This document shows, piece after piece, positions 36,234 to 41,357 of a stretch of DNA of 41,357 bases. Origin of the DNA: Gammaproteobacteria bacterium (lineage in GTDB: Bacteria; Pseudomonadota; Gammaproteobacteria; AKS1); contig JALTKP010000251.1 in assembly GCA_027078075.1 (NCBI GenBank), forward strand, positions 1 through 41,357, written 5' to 3'. The translations under genes and the position numbers were made by a program. Below the pieces are notes generated by a model. That model saw nothing but the letters and a program-made list of their open reading frames with translations. It did no database searches and had not been told where the DNA came from. Numbering within the stretch: position 1 is the stretch's first letter; each line of letters opens with the position of its first letter.

Positions 36234-37598
36234 TTACTGAAGGACTAGGGTCAATGCACTGCGTCCACGTGCTATGGATAACCGTATTCCACGCTGATTC
36301 GCTTCCGAAATTTTCTTTGCTTCAGTCGTATTATGTACTGTTTTATTATTTATTTTAGTAATAATGTCGCCTTTGCGTAAACCTGCGGCTGCGGCAGGAC
36401 TGTGTTTTTGAACATGTGAAATGACAATACCTTCAATTTTTCCAAAGGCAGGGTTATCTTCAATAATATTTGAAAACTCTGCACCACTAAGGCGTTTATG
36501 TATTTTCCTAGCATCAATTTTGACCTGTTTTGATCTGGAAATCTGCGCAGTAATAATAAATTTCCTTCCATGACGTAGTACATCAAGATCTACTTTGGTT
36601 CCTAGTCGTAGTAAGCCAATGGTATTGTGCAAGTCATCGGCTTTATTAACGGGGCGTTGATTCACTCTTTGTATAACATCACCGACCAGAAGCCCAGCTT
36701 TATCCGCTGGTGAGTTAGGAATTACTTTTACAACGACCGCGCCGTGTGTATTCGGATCGAGGTTAAAGGCTTTTGCTAATTCCTGAGTAAGATCTTGTGC
36801 TTGTGCACCAAGCCGTCCACGTTGGATACTGCCATTTTCAATCAGCTGCGCCATGATTTCGCGCGCCATATTAATAGGAATAGCGAAGCCAATGCCTATG
36901 TTGCCGCCACTACGAGAATAAATTGCATTGTTAATACCGATAAGGTGGCCACGTAAATCAATCAAAGCCCCCCCCGAGTTACCTTGGTTAATAGAGGCAT
37001 CTGTCTGGATATAATCTTCAAATCGGCCGATGCCAAGGCCGCTGCGGTCAAGCGCACTGATAATCCCAGATGTGACGGTTTGCCCAAGCCCAAAAGGATT
37101 ACCAATCGCCACCACGAAATCACCGACACGGAGTTTTTCTGAATCAGCGAAAGGCAGGGCGGTTAAATGGTCGGGTTCAATTTTTAACACGGCAATATCG
37201 GTATCAGGATCTGTGCCGATTAATTTTGCATCAAATTTTCGACCGTCTTGTAGGCTCACCGTAATAATATCGGCACCTTTAATAACGTGATTATTAGTTA
37301 GAATGTAACCGCGTTTGGCGTCAACAATGACACCAGAACCTAGCCCTTGTGTTTCGCGCTTACGTTGAGGCTGTAGATTAAAAAAATGCTTAAAAAAGGG
37401 GTCGTCCAATAGTGTATTTCGTTGAGTTTGCACGGTGGCACGGGTCAGGATATTAACTACGGCAGGTGTGCTACGTTCTAGAATAGGCGCAAGAGTGGGT
37501 AATTGCTGCCCATTGGCTGCAAAAGGTAAACCGGCATTTACTGGTAATGATAATAAAGTGAGTAGCGAAAAAATGAACCAGCGACGAAATGTTTGCAT
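36234..37598 (-). CDS. degQ: DegQ/DegP (HtrA) periplasmic serine protease
   Basis: Signal peptide from MQTFRR (37598); TNNHV, TDIAV, QTDASINQGNSGG; two PDZ domains. Confidence 0.92.
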   Translation of the reverse strand: MQTFRRWFIFSLLTLLSLPVNAGLPFAANGQQLPTLAPILERSTPAVVNILTRATVQTQRNTLLDDPFFKHFFNLQPQRKRETQGLGSGVIVDAKRGYILTNNHVIKGADIITVSLQDGRKFDAKLIGTDPDTDIAVLKIEPDHLTALPFADSEKLRVGDFVVAIGNPFGLGQTVTSGIISALDRSGLGIGRFEDYIQTDASINQGNSGGALIDLRGHLIGINNAIYSRSGGNIGIGFAIPINMAREIMAQLIENGSIQRGRLGAQAQDLTQELAKAFNLDPNTHGAVVVKVIPNSPADKAGLLVGDVIQRVNQRPVNKADDLHNTIGLLRLGTKVDLDVLRHGRKFIITAQISRSKQVKIDARKIHKRLSGAEFSNIIEDNPAFGKIEGIVISHVQKHSPAAAAGLRKGDIITKINNKTVHNTTEAKKISEANQRGIRLSIARGRSALTLVLQ

Positions 37599-37661
37599 GG
37601 GGTTACCCTTAAAATTTATATACTGTCTAGAATAAATGATTTTACAGTAGCTTTCATAAAG

Positions 37662-37689
37662 ATGGCGTAGCATTTTCATGCTACGCCAT
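37662..37689 (-). terminator. Stem-loop between hsp20 and degQ (weak terminator or stabiliser)
   Basis: ATGGCGTAGCAT-GAAA-ATGCTACGCCAT on the minus strand; perfect 12-bp stem but only a short T-run after it. Confidence 0.55.
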
Positions 37690-37713
37690 AAATAGCCAGA
37701 CTCTGGCTGAGTA

Positions 37714-38154
37714 TTAGTGATTGACGGTAATTCGCCGTGATAGCTCAGTAGCCTTTTTGGGAATTGTGATTTCCAGTACGCCATGATTGCTTTTGGCTGA
37801 AATAGACTCAGAATCAGCACTGTCTGGTAAATTAAAGCGTCTCAGAAACGTGCCACGGCTGCGTTCAATACGTTTGTAGCCATCACGTTCTTCCTTTTTC
37901 TCAGATTCACGCTCGCCGCTGATAGTCAGCATGCCATTTTCCATATGAACCTCAATTTCTTCAGGATCAACGCCAGGTAAGTCAGCGTGAATCAGGAACT
38001 GTGATTCTTCCTCCTTCACATCTACCGCTGGACTCCAATCACTGGCATTAATGGCATCGTCATCGTTTTGAGCGGCGATGGGCTCAAACATATGGCTTAG
38101 CTCACGTTGTAGACGAGTTAGGTTTTCCCATGGTTGATAACGCATTAGTGTCAT
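37714..38154 (-). CDS. Small heat-shock protein, Hsp20/alpha-crystallin family
   Basis: WSPAVDVKE, ADLPGV, LTISGER, ERSRGTFLRRFNLP, GVLEITIPK, RRITV; AGGAGA RBS. Confidence 0.95.
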   Translation of the reverse strand: MTLMRYQPWENLTRLQRELSHMFEPIAAQNDDDAINASDWSPAVDVKEEESQFLIHADLPGVDPEEIEVHMENGMLTISGERESEKKEERDGYKRIERSRGTFLRRFNLPDSADSESISAKSNHGVLEITIPKKATELSRRITVNH

Positions 38155-38232
38155 GATTATTCTCCTTTGTTCATTACAAATAATATGGTTTTACGATATT
38201 TTAAGCGGCTGTTATAGCTGTCTCATGATTAA

Positions 38233-38261
38233 GAAATGGGTCTGGTGAACCCGTTTTCAAG
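38233..38261 (-). promoter_or_regulatory. Sigma32 (RpoH) promoter of hsp20-degQ
   Basis: Minus strand reads CTTGAAA, 14 nt, CCCATTT, matching the RpoH consensus upstream of a heat-shock gene. Confidence 0.8.
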
Positions 38262-38349
38262 GCGTTTTTTGAATATTTTTGAGATTGACAATATTAAACT
38301 CACATTCGTATATGACTTGTTTCACAAAATGGTCATAAAGTGGTTGACC

Positions 38350-38397
38350 GCCCCCTATATAGTGTTTACATTACAGTCTTACCACAACATATAGTGC
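38350..38397 (+). promoter_or_regulatory. Tandem NrdR boxes
   Basis: GCCCCCTATATAGTGT (38350-38365) and CCACAACATATAGTGC (38382-38397), 32 bp apart, upstream of nrdJ; both match acaCwAtATaTwGtg. Confidence 0.85.
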
Positions 38398-38459
38398 TCG
38401 TATCCCCTAGGGGGTATATGGCTTAAAAGCCGCTAAAAAGCGGTAAAAACAATAAAATA

Positions 38460-40646
38460 ATGCAAAAACACAGCGGAGTGACACCATCAATGACTGCGAA
38501 CAGCGCGCATCTTAAAGCCGTGGCAACTAGCGTAGGACAAATACCTTTGCAAGCGGCCTCGGAAGATATCTGGGACAAGAAATACCGCCTAAAAACCAAG
38601 GACGAAGAGGCTATCGATGCAGATATCGATGCGACCTATCAACGCGTAGCAAGAGCGATCGCTGATGTAGAAAGTGAAGATAAGCGAGAAGAGTTCTTTG
38701 AACGTTTTGTTTGGGCACTTCGTCACGGTGCTATTCCTGCTGGTCGAATTATCTCTAATGCTGGCGCACAGGCGTATAAGCCAGCGACTTCAACGATTAA
38801 CTGTACTGTTTCAGGCACTATCGAAGATTCCATGAATGGTATCCTTGAAAAAGTCCATGAAGCCGGTTTAACGCTGAAAGCGGGTTGTGGTATCGGTTAC
38901 GAATTCTCAACACTACGTCCTAAAGGCGCTTATGTGTCGGGCGCGGGTGCTTACACATCGGGTCCACTGTCATTCATGGATATCTACGACAAGATGTGTT
39001 TCACCGTTTCATCTGCTGGCGGTCGTCGCGGCGCACAAATGGCCACTTTTGATGTAGGTCACCCTGATGCACTCGATTTTGTAAAAGCTAAACGAGAAGA
39101 TGGTCGTTTACGCCAGTTTAATCTCTCTTTGTTAGTCACTGAAGATTTCATGGAAGCGGTGAAAGCCGATCAAGATTGGCCATTGGCATTCCCTATTACT
39201 GAAGAAGAAGCCAAAGCTGACGGTATTGACACAAATAACCCAGAACAAGTGATTTGGCGTGAATGGCCAGTGCAGGGTAGTTACCTGACTAATGAAGAAG
39301 GTCTGGTTTGCTGCAAGGTTTACAAACGCATGCGTGCACAGCGTATTTGGGATGTAATCATGTCATCCACATACGATTACGCAGAACCTGGCTTCATCCT
39401 TATTGATAAAGTAAATGAAATGAATAACAACTGGTTCTGCGAAAATATCCGCGCAACCAATCCTTGTGGTGAACAGCCCTTACCACCATACGGTTCGTGC
39501 TTGTTAGGTTCAGTGAACCTAACTAAGTTTGTTCGTGACCCATTTACAGATAAAGCCAGTTTTGATTGGGATGAATACAACGAAGTTGTGAATGTATTCA
39601 CTCGCATGCTGGATAACGTAGTAGAGATTAATGGTTTGCCTTTAGAAGGACAGCGCGATGCGATTGAAAACAAACGTCGCCATGGTATGGGCTTCTTAGG
39701 TCTTGGTTCGACGATCACCATGTTAGGTATGAAGTATGGTAGCGATGAATCGGTAAGTTTCACGGATCGTGTTAGCCGTGAACTTGCGGTAACCGGTTGG
39801 AAAGCAGGATTAGATTTATCGAAAGAAAAAGGTCCAGCGCCTATCATGAATGAAGAGTTTGAGGTTACTGCGGCGATGTTACGCCAGCGTCCACAAATGA
39901 AACGAGATGGTATTAAACTGGGTGACAAAATTAAAGGTAAGGTTCTGCATGCAAAATACAGTAGCTATATGCAGCGTATTGCAGAACATGAGCCTGAACT
40001 AGTTGAACAATTGGCACAGACAGGTGCACGTTTTACACACCACAGTTCAATTGCACCAACGGGTACTATTTCACTGTCATTAGCCAATAATGCCAGTAAC
40101 GGTATTGAGCCTTCATTTGCGCATCACTACTCACGCAATGTGATTCGTGAAGGTAAAAAGACCAAAGAAAAAGTTAATGTATTTTCGTTTGAATTACTTG
40201 CTTATCGTGAATTGATTAATGAAAAGGCAATGCCATATTCAGAGGCTGCAGATGAGCAGTTACCTGAATATTTTATTACCGCAGAAGATATTACACCGAA
40301 GCAACATGTCGATATTCAGGCAGCCGCGCAGGTGTGGATTGATTCCTCGATTTCAAAAACAGCCAATGTGCCAACCGATTATCCTTACGAAGATTTTAAG
40401 GATATTTACCTATATGCCTACGAAAAAGGCTTAAAAGGGTGTACTACATTCCGCTTTAATCCAGAAGCCTTCCAAGGTGTATTGGTAAAAGAACAAGATC
40501 TGGAAAATACAATGTACCGATTCACACTAGATGATGGTTCAGTAGTTGAAGTGAAAGGTAACGAAGAAATTGAGTATGACGGTGAAATGCATACCGCAGC
40601 AAACCTTTATGATGCACTCAAAGAAGGCTACTACGGCAAGTTCTAA
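38460..40646 (+). CDS. nrdJ: Adenosylcobalamin-dependent (class II) ribonucleotide reductase, NrdJa
   Basis: PAGRI, TINCTVS, GGRRGAQM, ATNPCGEQPL, SCLLGSVNL, IAPTGTIS, IDSSISKT. The start may be 38490. Confidence 0.95.
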   Translation: MQKHSGVTPSMTANSAHLKAVATSVGQIPLQAASEDIWDKKYRLKTKDEEAIDADIDATYQRVARAIADVESEDKREEFFERFVWALRHGAIPAGRIISNAGAQAYKPATSTINCTVSGTIEDSMNGILEKVHEAGLTLKAGCGIGYEFSTLRPKGAYVSGAGAYTSGPLSFMDIYDKMCFTVSSAGGRRGAQMATFDVGHPDALDFVKAKREDGRLRQFNLSLLVTEDFMEAVKADQDWPLAFPITEEEAKADGIDTNNPEQVIWREWPVQGSYLTNEEGLVCCKVYKRMRAQRIWDVIMSSTYDYAEPGFILIDKVNEMNNNWFCENIRATNPCGEQPLPPYGSCLLGSVNLTKFVRDPFTDKASFDWDEYNEVVNVFTRMLDNVVEINGLPLEGQRDAIENKRRHGMGFLGLGSTITMLGMKYGSDESVSFTDRVSRELAVTGWKAGLDLSKEKGPAPIMNEEFEVTAAMLRQRPQMKRDGIKLGDKIKGKVLHAKYSSYMQRIAEHEPELVEQLAQTGARFTHHSSIAPTGTISLSLANNASNGIEPSFAHHYSRNVIREGKKTKEKVNVFSFELLAYRELINEKAMPYSEAADEQLPEYFITAEDITPKQHVDIQAAAQVWIDSSISKTANVPTDYPYEDFKDIYLYAYEKGLKGCTTFRFNPEAFQGVLVKEQDLENTMYRFTLDDGSVVEVKGNEEIEYDGEMHTAANLYDALKEGYYGKF

Positions 40647-40672
40647 GCCGAGCTGCGACAAGGAGACTAAAC

Positions 40673-41357
40673 ATGGCGATTAAAATTGGAAATAAAATTG
40701 TTAGCTACGAAGTGGCTAAGGAAGATGAACCAGAAGTAGCGGTGCCAGAAGTAGCTGTTACCGATGAGGCTTCAGCAACAGCTGAAGTCATTCATATGCA
40801 TGAAAAGCTTGAACGGCCTGAAATGCTGATTGGTTCTACCTATAAGGTAAAAACACCATTATCAGAACATGCACTGTACGTAACGATTAATGATGTCATC
40901 CTTAATGAGGGCACTGAGCATCAGTTACGTCGTCCATTTGAAGTTTTTATTAACTCCAAAAATATGGATCATTTTCAGTGGATTGTTGCATTAACACGAA
41001 TTATTTCAGCTGTATTCCGCAAGGGTGGCGACGTTACTTTCTTGGTCGACGAATTACGTTCCGTCTTTGATCCTCGCGGTGGTTACTTTAAGAAAGGTGG
41101 TAAATACATGCCATCGTTAGTTGCCGAAATTGGTGATGCAATTGAATGCCATCTCCGCATGATCGGTATGCTTAAAGATGAAGGTTTAGATGAGCATCAG
41201 AAAAAATTAGTAGAAGAGAAGCGTGCTCAGTTTGAGGCATCAAATGAGATAGTGGATAAAGAAACTAAGAGCGCTGATTTCCCTGCAGGTTCACAGCTTT
41301 GTGGTAAGTGTACAACTAAAGCTGTGATTAAGATGGATGGGTGTATGACATGTCTTA
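40673..41357 (+). CDS. nrdJb: NrdJb (TSCPD-domain) subunit of the split class II RNR, 3'-truncated by the window edge
   Basis: AGGAGA RBS; MAIKIGNKIVSY...ERPEMLIGSTYKVKTP...ALYVTIND...RPFEVFINSKN...CGKC...DGCMTCL; open to the end of the window and absent from the ORF track. Confidence 0.9.
   Translation, partial: MAIKIGNKIVSYEVAKEDEPEVAVPEVAVTDEASATAEVIHMHEKLERPEMLIGSTYKVKTPLSEHALYVTINDVILNEGTEHQLRRPFEVFINSKNMDHFQWIVALTRIISAVFRKGGDVTFLVDELRSVFDPRGGYFKKGGKYMPSLVAEIGDAIECHLRMIGMLKDEGLDEHQKKLVEEKRAQFEASNEIVDKETKSADFPAGSQLCGKCTTKAVIKMDGCMTCL

Noticed and set aside
37599-37820. 74-aa N-terminal extension of DegQ in the ORF track
   Set aside because: It overlaps hsp20 and the intergenic hairpin; a proper signal peptide begins at 37598.
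38398-38459. Cobalamin riboswitch upstream of nrdJ
   Set aside because: Only short hairpins are present, with no B12 box and too little space; NrdR boxes explain the regulation.
39377-39928. 183-aa antisense ORF and the other short overlapping ORFs in the track
   Set aside because: They lie opposite or inside well-supported genes and show no recognisable motifs.
40730-40759. 15-bp tandem duplication encoding PEVAV twice
   Set aside because: It is a minor repeat in the variable linker of NrdJb.
1-41357. CRISPR arrays, rRNA, tRNA, IS elements and prophage genes
   Set aside because: I saw no spaced direct repeats, RNA gene signatures or mobile-element proteins on manual reading.

Overview
AT-rich chromosomal window, most likely from a sulfur-oxidising gammaproteobacterium (inferred from the aprMBA arrangement and general gene content). 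(1) 1-9108 is a co-oriented respiratory cluster. It encodes a cytochrome c with at least two haems and a 900-aa Tat-exported molybdopterin oxidoreductase whose motifs resemble assimilatory NasA/NarB more than canonical NapA. It also encodes three NapG/MauM/NapF-type ferredoxins, NapH, an exported protein starting His-His, a second polytopic Fe-S membrane protein and a five-haem NapC-like protein. No napB or napD is present in the window. (2) 9598-12825 is aprMBA without an adjacent sat, preceded by a leader that can form alternative structures and contains an anti-SD. It is followed by a hypothetical, a SlyD-like PPIase, a TPR protein and an uncalled 55-aa ORF. (3) 15.3-36.2 kb is a mixed region: HIT hydrolase, PhnD-like binding protein plus MCP, an HTTM gene pair, GreA/B-like factor, VWA and membrane proteins, DAHP synthase, a cNMP-domain Na+/H+ antiporter, an orphan PstS-like protein, a PhnD-like/kinase/REC-REC/hybrid-kinase relay and a SAM methyltransferase. 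(4) 36.2-41.4 kb holds hsp20-degQ behind a sigma32 promoter and a split class II ribonucleotide reductase (nrdJa, nrdJb) with tandem NrdR boxes. I saw no rRNA, tRNA, CRISPR array or mobile element. The best candidates for novelty are the non-canonical periplasmic molybdoenzyme system and the possible RNA switch upstream of aprMBA. All family assignments come from motif recognition; no database search was run.
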